A stretch of DNA of 63,968 nt, filler included, from an uncultured bacterium (GCA_964609495.1; 3 parts of 3 records of this genome joined end to end with filler, not necessarily neighbours in it), one strand, 5' to 3'; shown: positions 9,718-20,275, counted from the first letter of the whole stretch. A program made the numbers and translations. The notes: a model not told the origin generated them from the letters alone.

Positions 9718-11381
9718 TGATGAGAGTGGAGACTCTAAGCGGGGATGATTATTTATTCATCCTATTGATCATAGTGTTAGGTTTCGCCTTGGTTTCAGTT
9801 ATGACGTTGGGATTCGGTATAGGTGCTTCTCCGGATTCAGTATATTATTTAGGATCAGCTTATAATTTTGCTCAGGGAAAGGGGTTGTCCGTTGCTGTAA
9901 CCAGCTTTTCCGATAAAGGGATATCAGTTCCCTACTTGCAATGGCCCCCTTTATATCCCCTGATGATATCACCCTTAATATATATAGGATTAAATCCTCT
10001 CCTAGCCGCGAAGTTAATATCAGCTCTCTTTCTTTCTGCTTCCGCCTCCCTGATATTTCTGATCACCAGAAAGTTGACCGATCCCCAATTTGCATATATA
10101 TCTCCCATTCTGTGCCTTTCTCTTTTACCCCTCATAAAAGTAGCGGTATTTGCTTGGTCTGAGATCCCCTACCTTTTTTTCTCAGTGTTAGCTTTACTTT
10201 TCCTAATCGCTTTTGTCGATAAATATAAGGGGGTAAAGGAAACTTTTGCTTCAAATAGGACTCAAGGTTCTGGTAACTTTTGCTTCAAAAAGGACTCAAG
10301 GTTAAAAAGTTACCAGAATAAAAAAGTTTCCTTTAAAGCGAATCTTTTTTTAGCGGGAACGTTTGTGGCACTTGCGATTACCACTAGATATATCGGCTTC
10401 ACCCTATATCTTGCAGGATTAATAATAATTATATTCGTCAGAGGTAGTTATAAAGATAAGATAAAGAGGATATTGATCTTCACCTTACCCGTTGTTATAT
10501 TGATGATTCCCTGGTTATATCGGAATATGACTATTACTGGATATCCTTTGGATATAACTAGGGATATATCAACTACTCATCTTTTAAGGAAAATTCTAGA
10601 GAACTCAGAACTATTGATAAAAACGATCTTCTCGGATCTTCATCTGGTGAGATTATCCAAATATATCAGCTATTATCCCTTTTTATCGATTACCTTATCA
10701 GGATTGATTATAATCATATTAACCGCTCTTGTTAATAGATATTTATCAACTGAGATAAAAGAGGTATTGAGCGATAATATAGTTTTAATTGTGTATCTGC
10801 TTGTCTATTATCTTGTCATTGTAGTTCTTAGAGCTGTGATATATTTTGATGAGATCGGGACAAGGTTAATTAGTCCTACCTACCCATTTTTAATCCCCCT
10901 CGTAATTTCCATATTTAGTTGTCTATATAATAGATTCGGAATCCCTGTAAAGATCGCGGTATTATCAGCGGTAGCTATATTGCTGGTTATAAATATCTAT
11001 AATATAGATAAATATTACACTGCTACGAGGGATGGGATTGGATATTCCTCGGAAAGATGGAGGAAGGATGAGGGGATAGAGTGGCTGAGAAAAAGCGATA
11101 TTAAGCCAGACACTATTGTCTATAGTGATCGGGCGGATGCAGTCCACTTGCTATTGCATACTCCTACGAAGTATACTCCTCCATTAAGGGAGATAAGGGC
11201 TTTCTTTAGGGAAAAGCCCCCGAAGTATGAGGATGCTTATATAATCGGGTTCAAGGAAGGTTGTAGAGAGCCACTTTTATCGGATGATGAACTGAAGGAG
11301 GGAAATAAAAAGTATAAATCCTTATTACTGATCAGGGATTTTCCCAATTCTTCCATTTGGAAGTGGGATACGAATAAGTAG
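9717..11381 (+). CDS. Polytopic GT-C (ArnT/PMT-like) glycosyltransferase
   Basis: SPDSVYYL, WPPLYP, WSEIPY, TRYIG; many TM helices. Confidence 0.75.
   Translation: MMRVETLSGDDYLFILLIIVLGFALVSVMTLGFGIGASPDSVYYLGSAYNFAQGKGLSVAVTSFSDKGISVPYLQWPPLYPLMISPLIYIGLNPLLAAKLISALFLSASASLIFLITRKLTDPQFAYISPILCLSLLPLIKVAVFAWSEIPYLFFSVLALLFLIAFVDKYKGVKETFASNRTQGSGNFCFKKDSRLKSYQNKKVSFKANLFLAGTFVALAITTRYIGFTLYLAGLIIIIFVRGSYKDKIKRILIFTLPVVILMIPWLYRNMTITGYPLDITRDISTTHLLRKILENSELLIKTIFSDLHLVRLSKYISYYPFLSITLSGLIIIILTALVNRYLSTEIKEVLSDNIVLIVYLLVYYLVIVVLRAVIYFDEIGTRLISPTYPFLIPLVISIFSCLYNRFGIPVKIAVLSAVAILLVINIYNIDKYYTATRDGIGYSSERWRKDEGIEWLRKSDIKPDTIVYSDRADAVHLLLHTPTKYTPPLREIRAFFREKPPKYEDAYIIGFKEGCREPLLSDDELKEGNKKYKSLLLIRDFPNSSIWKWDTNK
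10234..10335. repeat. Nested pair of 51-bp palindromic elements inserted in frame in a CDS
   Basis: Outer copy matches 7801-7851; inner copy (10268-10318) matches 7965-8015. Confidence 0.85.
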
Positions 11382-11621
11382 TATCAGTAGATCGCAAAAT
11401 CGAAGATTCTTCTCTCGTTATCTAGATCACCCTCCCCCTAACCCCCTCCCTCGAGGGAGGGGGGAGTTAAAGAGTAATGCGAAGCATAGACTTAAGCTTT
11501 AATCGGTTATGCGGAGCTTATACGAAATATAGACCTAATACTGGGTGTTCCCTCTCCCCTCGTGGGAGAGGGCCAGGGTGAGGGGGAACTTAATAGGAAC
11601 TTATTTATCTGAAACTACTTA
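11375..11621. mobile_element. MITE-like element with TIRs TAAGTAGTATCAG / CTGAAACTACTTA and REP-like hairpins
   Basis: 12/13 terminal inverted repeat; CCCTCTCCC..GGGAGAGGG hairpins inside. Confidence 0.72.
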
Positions 11622-11657
11622 ACTTCCAGCGATAGAGGAGAGGAGCATTCGGTATTC

Positions 11658-12434
11658 GTGATGATCTCAGAAATTTACAGTAATCCCAAATATTATGACC
11701 TAGCTTTCGGTTGGGATATATCAGAAGAGGCAGATTTCTACGAGAATGCTTTCAGCAGATATTCTAAGGGAGAAATAAAAGATATCCTTGAGTTAGGATG
11801 TGGGAGTGGTAGATTTCTCTTTGAGTTTACCAGGCGAAGTTATTACATACTTGGGATGGACATAAATCCAGAGGCTTTGAGATATGTGAAGAGTAAAGCT
11901 CAAAGATCAGGAATGTCTATCTATACTGTCCTAGCTGATATGATCGATTTCTCACTTGATGAGACCTTTGATGCTGCTTTCTGCGCAGTAGGAACTTTCA
12001 GGTATATCTTAGACGATGAGGATATATTGAAGCATTTTACTTCGGTAAGCAGGGTGCTTCGTAAGGGTGGAATATACATAATAGATTTCTCTTTGGTGAG
12101 CGATTACAACGGTAAAGACGAATACATAGAAGCTTGGACCTCCGAGAGGGATGGGATCAGGGTAGAAGCGATGTTCAAATCCATGGGGAATGTTTCTATA
12201 GATAGTAAGAGGGAAGATATAGAGTTCGTCTTGCAGGTTAAAGAAGGAGGGAGAGAGTTTGAGCTGAGAGAAGAGGGGCAGATGAGAGTCTATAATCTAG
12301 CTGATTTTAGCGATTTTATAGAACGCTCCGGATATTTTGAGATCGCTGAATGGATTCTGGGAACGGACATAGAAGCTATTACGGATAAGCCCGATGAGAG
12401 CAATAGACTAATGGCTATTCTAAGAAGGATATGA
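11658..12434 (+). CDS. Class I SAM-dependent methyltransferase
   Basis: ILELGCGSG motif. Confidence 0.9.
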   Translation: MMISEIYSNPKYYDLAFGWDISEEADFYENAFSRYSKGEIKDILELGCGSGRFLFEFTRRSYYILGMDINPEALRYVKSKAQRSGMSIYTVLADMIDFSLDETFDAAFCAVGTFRYILDDEDILKHFTSVSRVLRKGGIYIIDFSLVSDYNGKDEYIEAWTSERDGIRVEAMFKSMGNVSIDSKREDIEFVLQVKEGGREFELREEGQMRVYNLADFSDFIERSGYFEIAEWILGTDIEAITDKPDESNRLMAILRRI

Positions 12435-12442
12435 GAGCTTTC

Positions 12443-13297
12443 TCATCCCTTCAGTCCAGTTAAAGTTATCCCCTCGATGAAGTGGCGCTGCATAGCAAAG
12501 AAGACGATTAATACCGGTAATACGGATATGAAAGCTGCGGCCATAGTTGCCCCATAATCGGTTGAATATTGACCAGTGAAGCTCGCTAATCCTACCGGAA
12601 GCGTTCTCACCCTAAGAGAATTGGTCACCACCAAGGGCCAGAGGAAGGAATCCCAGTTCCACATAAAGCTGAAGATCCCCAAGGAGGCTAACACCGGACC
12701 ACAAAGGGGCAACATTATTCGCCAGAAGATAGCAAACTCCGAACAGCCATCTATCCTCGCGGCATCCATCAGCTCCGAGGGGATGGATTGCATAAATTGT
12801 CGCATCAGGAAGATACCAAAAGCGCTCATCAGTGCCGGGCTGATCAAGCCCATATAAGTATCTACCCAGCCAAATTTATAGATGATGATGTAGAGCGGGA
12901 TCATCCTCACCACGAAGGGGATCATCATCGTGCTGAGAAGAGCTAGAAAGATGAAATCTCGCCCAGGGAATTGATATTTAGCGAATACATAACCTCCTAA
13001 AGAACAAAAGAAGAGGGTGCTTAAAGTTACAACAACCGCGACGAAAACGCTGTTTAAATAGAAGCGACCAAAGGGCATTACGGTGAATATCCTCTGGAAA
13101 TTAGCCCAGGTGAAATTCTCTGGTATCCAAGTGGGTGGAATCCTAGTGATCTCAGCCTGGGTTTTAAAGGCGGATAGGATCATCCAGATTAAAGGAGCTA
13201 CCATCGCAAATGCTCCTGCGGTAAGGAATATATATAATAAAGCCCGGATTAACATCTCAGAAGCGGTTGTTGGTTTTTTTCTCTCTCGAATCGACAT
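12443..13297 (-). CDS. Carbohydrate ABC permease (MalG-type)
   Basis: EAA loop DAARIDG; WNWDSFLWPL. Confidence 0.93.
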   Translation of the reverse strand: MSIRERKKPTTASEMLIRALLYIFLTAGAFAMVAPLIWMILSAFKTQAEITRIPPTWIPENFTWANFQRIFTVMPFGRFYLNSVFVAVVVTLSTLFFCSLGGYVFAKYQFPGRDFIFLALLSTMMIPFVVRMIPLYIIIYKFGWVDTYMGLISPALMSAFGIFLMRQFMQSIPSELMDAARIDGCSEFAIFWRIMLPLCGPVLASLGIFSFMWNWDSFLWPLVVTNSLRVRTLPVGLASFTGQYSTDYGATMAAAFISVLPVLIVFFAMQRHFIEGITLTGLKG

Positions 13298-13314
13298 ATC
13301 TTTATACCTCTTAT

Positions 13315-13644
13315 CTAATCTCCTTTTGTTTGTAAGACAAAAGGTTCAAATAATAAAACATAAGAAGATTCTTCGCTTCTTGGGCAATGCTCGACTCCTT
13401 TAGGTATTACTGCCATTTGTCCCTCTTTTAAAGTTATATCGGGTTGATCTTTTAGCTGAATAACAATCTCTCCTTTAATTACATAGAAAAGCTCATCCTC
13501 ATTTGTATGTTTATGCCAATGAAATTCTCCTTTTAAGAGGGCTAACCTTATCACCTGGTCATTTACTCTAACAACATCAACAGGAGACCAAGGCTTACCA
13601 CCAATCTCTTTAATTTTATCTTCTAAGTTAATTATTGAAATCAT
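13315..13644 (-). CDS. Cupin-domain protein
   Basis: WHKHTNEDELF; PKGVEHCP. Confidence 0.9.
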   Translation of the reverse strand: MISIINLEDKIKEIGGKPWSPVDVVRVNDQVIRLALLKGEFHWHKHTNEDELFYVIKGEIVIQLKDQPDITLKEGQMAVIPKGVEHCPRSEESSYVLLFEPFVLQTKGD

Positions 13645-13662
13645 ATATTTAATGTCAGTATT

Positions 13663-14580
13663 TTAATACTCTGTGCCAGATCTGAGGAACCTCATCTGCA
13701 CTAGGGTGAAGAACATAATAATTATAAATAATATCCAAGCCATAGCTGAGCCATAACTCATCTTCAGGAACTTAAAAGCGAGTTCCTGAATATGCATGAT
13801 CACCGTGCGAGTGGCGTAATTAGGCCCTCCCAGACCGGTGGGTAATCCAGTAGTCATAACATACACTTGAGTGAAGACCTGAAGAGAGCCAATCATAGAT
13901 ATAACGGTTATGAAGAGGGTGGTGGGCTTAAGCAAAGGCAAAGTGATACTGGTGAATAACTTCCAATTACTTGCTCCATCTATCCTCGCCGCTTCGTAAT
14001 ACATCCTGGGGATGGCTTGGAGTCCTGCCAGAAAAATGACCATATTAAAACCTACGCCTTTCCAAATGCTCATCAAGATAATGCTTGGCATAGCCTGCTT
14101 AGGGCTGGTAAGGAATCCCTGAGAGGGTAAGCCCAGTCTTTCCAGAATAAAATTGAATAGACCAAAGGTAGGTTGATACAACCACTTCCAGACGATAGAC
14201 ACTGCCACCATCGAGGTTACTACGGGGATGAAATAGGCGGTGCGATAGGCGGCTCGGAGGGCGAGCTTTCTATTAAGCATCAAGGCTAAGCATAAAGAAA
14301 CAACGATGCCTATAGGCACGCTACCCACCGCGAAATAAGCGGTGTTTCTGAGGGATTTCCAAAAGACCTTGTCCCTAAATACCGCCTTATAATTGTCCAG
14401 TCCTACGAACTCGGTAGCAGGACTCAAAATATTCCAATCCAAGAAGGAGAGATAGAAGGCATAGAACATCGGGGCAAAGATGAAGATGATGAACCAGGCA
14501 AGAATGGGAATTAGGAAGATATAAGCGGCTCGCACTTTCCTATCCCGCAACTGGTAGAAAAAACCCCTTTTTATTCTCAT
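13663..14580 (-). CDS. Carbohydrate ABC permease (MalF-type)
   Basis: LAGLQAIP..YEAARIDGA. Confidence 0.93.
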   Translation of the reverse strand: MRIKRGFFYQLRDRKVRAAYIFLIPILAWFIIFIFAPMFYAFYLSFLDWNILSPATEFVGLDNYKAVFRDKVFWKSLRNTAYFAVGSVPIGIVVSLCLALMLNRKLALRAAYRTAYFIPVVTSMVAVSIVWKWLYQPTFGLFNFILERLGLPSQGFLTSPKQAMPSIILMSIWKGVGFNMVIFLAGLQAIPRMYYEAARIDGASNWKLFTSITLPLLKPTTLFITVISMIGSLQVFTQVYVMTTGLPTGLGGPNYATRTVIMHIQELAFKFLKMSYGSAMAWILFIIIMFFTLVQMRFLRSGTEY

Positions 14581-14599
14581 GATGATCTCCTCTTAATAA

Positions 14600-14629
14600 G
14601 TGCGAGTCGGAGTGAGATCCGACTCGCAC
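14600..14629. terminator. Intergenic hairpin after the SBP gene
   Basis: GTGCGAGTCGGA-N6-TCCGACTCGCAC. Confidence 0.6.
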
Positions 14630-14660
14630 CCACTAACTTAACCGCATAGCGGCATTTTAC

Positions 14661-15932
14661 TTACTTCTTTTCAGCTAGAACCTCATCTACATCTGCGGCT
14701 GCTTTAGCTGTGGCATCTTCAGGGCTAACTCCCTCCTGAACCATAGAGGTCCAAGCCATCTCGAAGGCTCGGTTGAAGAGCATCTCATTGACCTTATCAC
14801 CCACGTACTTGTAGTAGGGCATCGAGTCGATGAAAGCCTTGAAGTAAGGAGTCTTCTCCACTAACTCGGGGATCTTGGGATCATCGATCACATCCTTTCG
14901 GACTGGATTGCCCTCCACCATAAACATAAAGATTTGCTCTTCCTTGCTCACCATAAACTTGAAGAACTCCCAAGTGTCCTCCTTATTCTTAGACCTGGAG
15001 TTCACCGCATAGCCCCAACCACCACCAATGGTGGAGACCACCGGGTCATCTCCCTCCTTTAGGACAGGAACCAGGGAAGTCGTGAATTTTACGTCGGGAT
15101 AATCCTTCACCAACAGATCGCCATACCAGGGACCGAAGCAAGCCATTGCGGCTTTAGCTTGCTGGAAAGCCTCATAAGCTCCTAAGAACTCGAAGTTTTG
15201 GAGTTTGTGTTCGGTGATGAAATCCCTTCTCCATTTGAAAGCGGCGACCCCTTGAGGATTGTTAAAGGCAGCCTTCTTGCCATCAGGGGTGATTATATCG
15301 GTGCCGAATTGGAAGAGGGTGGTATCCCAGTAAAGATGTGAATCGATCAAAGCCCAACCAGATTGCATCATCTTGCCCGCTTCATCGAACTTAGTCAACT
15401 TCTTACCGGCTTCGATAGCCTCTGGCCAGGTCTTGGGGGGTTGATTGGCATCCAACCCAACTTCGCTGAAGAGATCCACATTGAGATATACCCCCTCTCC
15501 TCCAGTAGCATAAGGAAGACCGTAATACTCCCCATCTCGGTAGTAGCTGGGAAGCGAGGAGGGAAGCCAATATTCCTCTATGTAATCTTTGCTTAGGACA
15601 TCCTCTGGAATAGCTTCCCAGGCGTTGGATTGAACAAATAAAGTTGTCCAGCTTCCGTGAACGTGTATGAAATCGGGACCGGTTCCCGCGGCGATAGCTG
15701 GCAGAAGCTTATCCCATAGCTCCCCATAGGGGAAGTGCTCCAAAGTCACCTTAATATCAGGATTAGCCTCCTCGAACCTCTTGATCTCATCGTGATTCCT
15801 CTCTATTCTGGGAGGATGGTAGTGAGCCCAGAATTTTACCTCTCCCGCCGCTACGGGAGTATTCACCACAAATAGATTGATCAATAACGCGACCGCGATT
15901 ATAGATAGACATACGATTTTAAATTTGGACAT
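14661..15932 (-). CDS. Sugar ABC substrate-binding protein
   Basis: Signal peptide; FEEANPDIKV; PPKTW. Confidence 0.92.
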   Translation of the reverse strand: MSKFKIVCLSIIAVALLINLFVVNTPVAAGEVKFWAHYHPPRIERNHDEIKRFEEANPDIKVTLEHFPYGELWDKLLPAIAAGTGPDFIHVHGSWTTLFVQSNAWEAIPEDVLSKDYIEEYWLPSSLPSYYRDGEYYGLPYATGGEGVYLNVDLFSEVGLDANQPPKTWPEAIEAGKKLTKFDEAGKMMQSGWALIDSHLYWDTTLFQFGTDIITPDGKKAAFNNPQGVAAFKWRRDFITEHKLQNFEFLGAYEAFQQAKAAMACFGPWYGDLLVKDYPDVKFTTSLVPVLKEGDDPVVSTIGGGWGYAVNSRSKNKEDTWEFFKFMVSKEEQIFMFMVEGNPVRKDVIDDPKIPELVEKTPYFKAFIDSMPYYKYVGDKVNEMLFNRAFEMAWTSMVQEGVSPEDATAKAAADVDEVLAEKK

Positions 15933-16170
15933 CTTTTCACCTCCTTTTTGTTCTTAGCTGATTAAATTATTATCTGCCTAGATATAGCGACTATCAATCT
16001 ATACACATCACCTCCTATTCTAGGAAAGATCAAGCTAACGGCTATAATAAGAATGAAATTCATACAGGATCTATTGATAATATAGTATATTTAGACATGT
16101 ATTCTCCAATAATTATAGCATACTTAGATATTAAAATCAAGTGAATCAATAGCTTACTTGGGAAAACGAA

Positions 16171-16605
16171 TCACATCTCCCTTAGTCTCCAATTGCCTTC
16201 GTTATTTATAGCCCGATTAGCTAACCGATCTGCGCGTCGGTTGTCGTTCCTAGATATGTGGAAAACATCAACCTGCTGAAAGCACTTGAGGAGTTGCATA
16301 ACCTTATCCCATAAGGACTTCAAGTGAGCAGTTCTGACCTTGTATTGTCCTCCCACCTGTCTAGCGACCAATTGGCTATCGGTATGAAGGACAACCCTTT
16401 TACTGCCAAGTTTTACAGCCTCTTCTAAAGCCCTAATGACAGCCAGATATTCAGCTTGATTATTAGTAGCCTCACCTATATACTCAGCTACCTCTTGAAT
16501 GATATTATCATCCTCATCCCTTATAGTGACCCCTATTCCAGCCTTCCCTGGATTATTTCGAGAGGCTCCATCAGTATTGATGATCACCTTATCCAATAGC
16601 TTCAT
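16171..16605 (-). CDS. rnhA: Ribonuclease HI
   Basis: TDGASRNNPG, TNNQAEY, DSQLV, NRRADRLAN. Confidence 0.93.
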   Translation of the reverse strand: MKLLDKVIINTDGASRNNPGKAGIGVTIRDEDDNIIQEVAEYIGEATNNQAEYLAVIRALEEAVKLGSKRVVLHTDSQLVARQVGGQYKVRTAHLKSLWDKVMQLLKCFQQVDVFHISRNDNRRADRLANRAINNEGNWRLREM

Positions 16606-16643
16606 GATAAGCCCCACCTCAATCTTCAATAATCGATCTTAAA

Positions 16644-17363
16644 TTAGCCTTTCCAATACATAAAACGACCGCAATTCTCGCAGTATGTGATCTCCTCCCC
16701 GGCTTTGAGTCGATTTAGAAAACTGGGAGGTAAGGAGATATGGCAACCAGGACATATAGTATTAGTCACCTCAACTATGGCGATCCCTCCTTTTCTTTCC
16801 CTCATATACTCATATCTCTTCAGTAAGATAATATCTATTTCGATCCTAGCTTTCTCCCGTCTCTCGGATAGAACCTCACTTTCGCTCTTTAACTTCTTCA
16901 ATCGCTTCTTATAATCCTCTATCTCCCTTATTAAGATTTCCTCTTGCTTTTTGCTTTCCTCTCTCTCCCCCTCTATCTGAGGAGTTAATTCCTCCAAACC
17001 GATCATCAGTTCAAGCACTCTATCTTCTAACTCTCCTCCCCTCTTCTTTACATTCTCAACCTTATGCTCCAATTGTGCCAATTCCCTACTGCTCTTCGAT
17101 CTCCCTCCATAGATCTCACTCTCATACTTCTCCTGCTCGGCGGCTAAAGATTTCAAATCCATCTCCCTCAATCTCAATTCCCTTTTGCTCTTCTCAAAGC
17201 TATCCTCCCGCTCCTTAAATTTCGCTCTAACCTGCTCTAACTTCTCCTTGAGCTCAGCCTGTTGCTGAGGCAATCGTCGAATCTCATCCCTCAGTTTATC
17301 GAGCTTGCTATCTAGCCCCTGCAAATCGACTAGCCCCTCCAACTGTTCATTCAAAATAGACAC
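16644..17363 (-). CDS. Coiled-coil plus C4 zinc-ribbon protein (DUF164/zf-RING_7 type)
   Basis: Long coiled coil; CPGCH..CENCGR. Confidence 0.88.
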   Translation of the reverse strand: MSILNEQLEGLVDLQGLDSKLDKLRDEIRRLPQQQAELKEKLEQVRAKFKEREDSFEKSKRELRLREMDLKSLAAEQEKYESEIYGGRSKSSRELAQLEHKVENVKKRGGELEDRVLELMIGLEELTPQIEGEREESKKQEEILIREIEDYKKRLKKLKSESEVLSERREKARIEIDIILLKRYEYMRERKGGIAIVEVTNTICPGCHISLPPSFLNRLKAGEEITYCENCGRFMYWKG

Positions 17364-17402
17364 CTCCCCGCTTAGAAGACAGAAAATGGCTAAATCTATT
17401 TT

Positions 17403-18017
17403 CTATCTTCCCCCTCGATATTCTACTGCATTGAAGATATTCTCGATAGTCAGAGGATCTATCGTTGCATCTCGGCCTCTCTCCCGTATCTCGACGAATC
17501 CTTGACTTAAATTATGAGCAATCTCTCGAGGCCAACTTCTCACCCCTCCTGAAAGAGTATAATATCCTCTGAAGGGGAAGATCCTTCCAATTATACACTG
17601 ACCATCTTGAAGTTGATAGGTAGCTCTCTTCTCCCTCACTTCATATTCCTTATCATCTGCTAAGTTGCGAAGAGTGAAGCCATATCCCCTCTCTATATTC
17701 TTAACCTCGAAGATGCCGAAGATGTTTTTATTGAATCCCTCATATATCTCCCTATCCTCCTCGCCGAATTTATCCTGATTTATGTGGAGGAAATGTTCAA
17801 AGGGAGTCCTTCCCCCCAGTCTCTTCAACGGATTATCGAAGATGAACCACTCGATATGTCTGCCAATAGCCGTCTTTATCTCATGCTCGCTACTATACCG
17901 GGGGAGCTTACCCCCGAAGAATTTCTTCTGGGTCTTATTTAACTCCCTCTTAAGATCTAACTCAGCAGGAATAGACCAAATCCTCTCTAAATAATCAGCT
18001 GGATTAGCCTCAGCCAC
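17403..18017 (-). CDS. Hypothetical protein
   Basis: Long ORF with RBS; WFIFD..GRTP motif. Confidence 0.7.
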   Translation of the reverse strand: MAEANPADYLERIWSIPAELDLKRELNKTQKKFFGGKLPRYSSEHEIKTAIGRHIEWFIFDNPLKRLGGRTPFEHFLHINQDKFGEEDREIYEGFNKNIFGIFEVKNIERGYGFTLRNLADDKEYEVREKRATYQLQDGQCIIGRIFPFRGYYTLSGGVRSWPREIAHNLSQGFVEIRERGRDATIDPLTIENIFNAVEYRGGR

Positions 18018-18067
18018 AATTATTCATCTCCTTCTCATAGGTCTAACCTTTTTTGTCTTAAGGTAGA

Positions 18068-18108
18068 AACCAAATTCACCTGACCAGATCGGTCAGGTGA
18101 ATTTGGTT
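18068..18108. terminator. Perfect 18-bp-stem hairpin
   Basis: AACCAAATTCACCTGACC-N5-GGTCAGGTGAATTTGGTT. Confidence 0.6.
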
Positions 18109-18267
18109 CATAGTATATTTTACCTCTTTCATCGAGGAGTGTGGTTCTACTTCAGTTTTATAAATACCTAGGGGCTCCTCTCCCCTATCGACGGTCCCCC
18201 CATCATACCCTGGGATTATATGAGAGTTTTTAAAGCTATCTAACATATCTTGATTATCAGCAACCAT
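18076..18267 (-). pseudogene. Possible degenerate receiver-domain remnant
   Basis: VADNQDML...IPGYDG resembles receiver motifs; directly follows the histidine kinase. Confidence 0.3.
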
Positions 18268-18270
18268 TCC

Positions 18271-20166
18271 CTACTCGCCTCTATCTATGTACCTGGGTAA
18301 AGTGAAATAAAAAGTACTCCCTTTGCCTACCTCGCTCTCCATCCATGCTTGCCCCCCATGTTTTAAGACTATAGACTTCACTATAGCTAATCCGAGGCCT
18401 GTTCCTTCTATCTGTTGGGTATTCTTGCTCCTCACCCTATAGAATCTATCAAAAATACGCTCCTGATCTATAGGATCGATCCCTATTCCTGTATCTCTCA
18501 CACTCATTACTACCCACCTATCTCCTTCCTGGATCTCGATCGTTATATTCCTTCCCTGAGGAGTGTACTTTATAGCATTGCTCACAAGATTATCGACCAC
18601 CTGCTTGAGTAAATTTCTATCTCCTTTGACAATGACGGGGGATACAGAGCTAGGCTTAAATTCTATATCTATATCTTTATTAGTAGCTTGCACTTTGAAA
18701 TCTGACAGGGTCCCGGTGATAATATCCACTAGATCACATTCACTAAAATTTATCGCTTCCGCATCTATTCTAGCCAAGTTCAGGATATCTGAGATCAGGG
18801 TTGCCATATTATCTGATAAATTAACGATCTCATTGGAAAATTCTTGCTGTTTATCGTTTAGCTTCCCAGTCATTCCATTGGCTAAAACTTCGGCGTAGAA
18901 TCTAATGGCGGTAAGAGGAGATTTCAAACCATGCGAGACCAGGGATACAAAATCCGATCTCATCCTATCAACTTCCTTGAGGTAAGTTATATCTTGAAGA
19001 ACTGCTACATAACCTATTACTTTATAATAAAGTCCCTTCATCGGTGAGATAGTTACATAAAACATTCTACTATCATTTGACATCTCACCAGTTATAATAT
19101 TCTCCCTCTCAATCGCCTTAGAAAATAGGTCTTCTAAATAATCGTTTTTGATCGCTTCGGTAAATAACAATCCTACGATCTGAGAGGATTTTACTTCAAA
19201 AAGCTCCTCAAAGGAGGGATTAACTAATATTATTTTTTCCCGTTCATCAATAGCAATGACCGCCTCAGCAATGCTATTTAATATCGTGCCCGTCTTCTCA
19301 CTCTCACCTCTCAAACTGTTAAGTAACTCGAAGTTTTTAATGGCAATAGCAGATTTATTAGCGCAAAAATTCAGATCTTCAATTGTATCCTCTGAAACTT
19401 CAAAACTTGAGTCAGCGATGATATCTATAACCCCTATAGTCCTACCCTCAGTTTGAATCGGAATAAATATCCTAGTCCCATATAAACCGTATTTATTATT
19501 TAATTCCCTATCTAATCTACGATCAGATCCATCATCGATAATAATGATCTGTTTCTCCCTCCAAATATATGATAATATATTCTCCTGGGGATCGGGTTTA
19601 TCATATAGCTTATATACCATCTCCCTCATAAGACTTTGAGGAAGAGCTAGTCCTACCCTACCCCTTATCGTTCTATCTTCCTTATCAACTAAAGCTAATC
19701 CCATCCTCTTAAATCCAAATATATTCCTAATACAGAACAGGATCTCCTTCAATAGATCGTCCAGATTACTCTTGGAATACATCTTCTCACTTATGTTATA
19801 TAATTCAGTAATAGCCATTCTTCTGGTGCTTTCCAGTAGAGCAAGCACTGCCTCCACCCCACCCTCGGCATTTACAAGAGGCAGAAGCCTAACCTTGAAG
19901 TGGTCTTTCTTATAGCTTAGAGGTTCTCCTGAACTAAAGATACGATTAAAATCTTCTTCTCTATTAAGCTTATCTAGAAATTTAGATAAGCCGAAGAGAT
20001 TCTTACCTAACGCCTGCTGCCTAGATATACCAGTTATCGCCTCTAACTTCTTATTCCAATCAAGGACAGTAAAAGCCCGATCGACTGAGTATATCCCCAG
20101 TTCCGTATTACCCATAACATTTTCTTTGAAAGCTTTTAATAACATCATTTCGATATCTTTAATCAT
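18271..20166 (-). CDS. PAS/GAF/PAS sensor histidine kinase
   Basis: SHGLKSPL H-box; NLVSNAIKY; DTGIG; GTGLGL. Confidence 0.93.
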   Translation of the reverse strand: MIKDIEMMLLKAFKENVMGNTELGIYSVDRAFTVLDWNKKLEAITGISRQQALGKNLFGLSKFLDKLNREEDFNRIFSSGEPLSYKKDHFKVRLLPLVNAEGGVEAVLALLESTRRMAITELYNISEKMYSKSNLDDLLKEILFCIRNIFGFKRMGLALVDKEDRTIRGRVGLALPQSLMREMVYKLYDKPDPQENILSYIWREKQIIIIDDGSDRRLDRELNNKYGLYGTRIFIPIQTEGRTIGVIDIIADSSFEVSEDTIEDLNFCANKSAIAIKNFELLNSLRGESEKTGTILNSIAEAVIAIDEREKIILVNPSFEELFEVKSSQIVGLLFTEAIKNDYLEDLFSKAIERENIITGEMSNDSRMFYVTISPMKGLYYKVIGYVAVLQDITYLKEVDRMRSDFVSLVSHGLKSPLTAIRFYAEVLANGMTGKLNDKQQEFSNEIVNLSDNMATLISDILNLARIDAEAINFSECDLVDIITGTLSDFKVQATNKDIDIEFKPSSVSPVIVKGDRNLLKQVVDNLVSNAIKYTPQGRNITIEIQEGDRWVVMSVRDTGIGIDPIDQERIFDRFYRVRSKNTQQIEGTGLGLAIVKSIVLKHGGQAWMESEVGKGSTFYFTLPRYIDRGE

Positions 20167-20193
20167 ATTCCTTATAAGTCGAATTATTGGGAA

Positions 20194-20229
20194 GTTGATA
20201 TTAGATCTCTCAAGAGATCTAATATCAAC
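20194..20229. terminator. Perfect inverted repeat
   Basis: GTTGATATTAGATCTC...GAGATCTAATATCAAC. Confidence 0.55.
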
Positions 20230-20275
20230 AATTGCCTATTCATCAAACCTCTTCTCCACTTTTAATTTCCCGATC

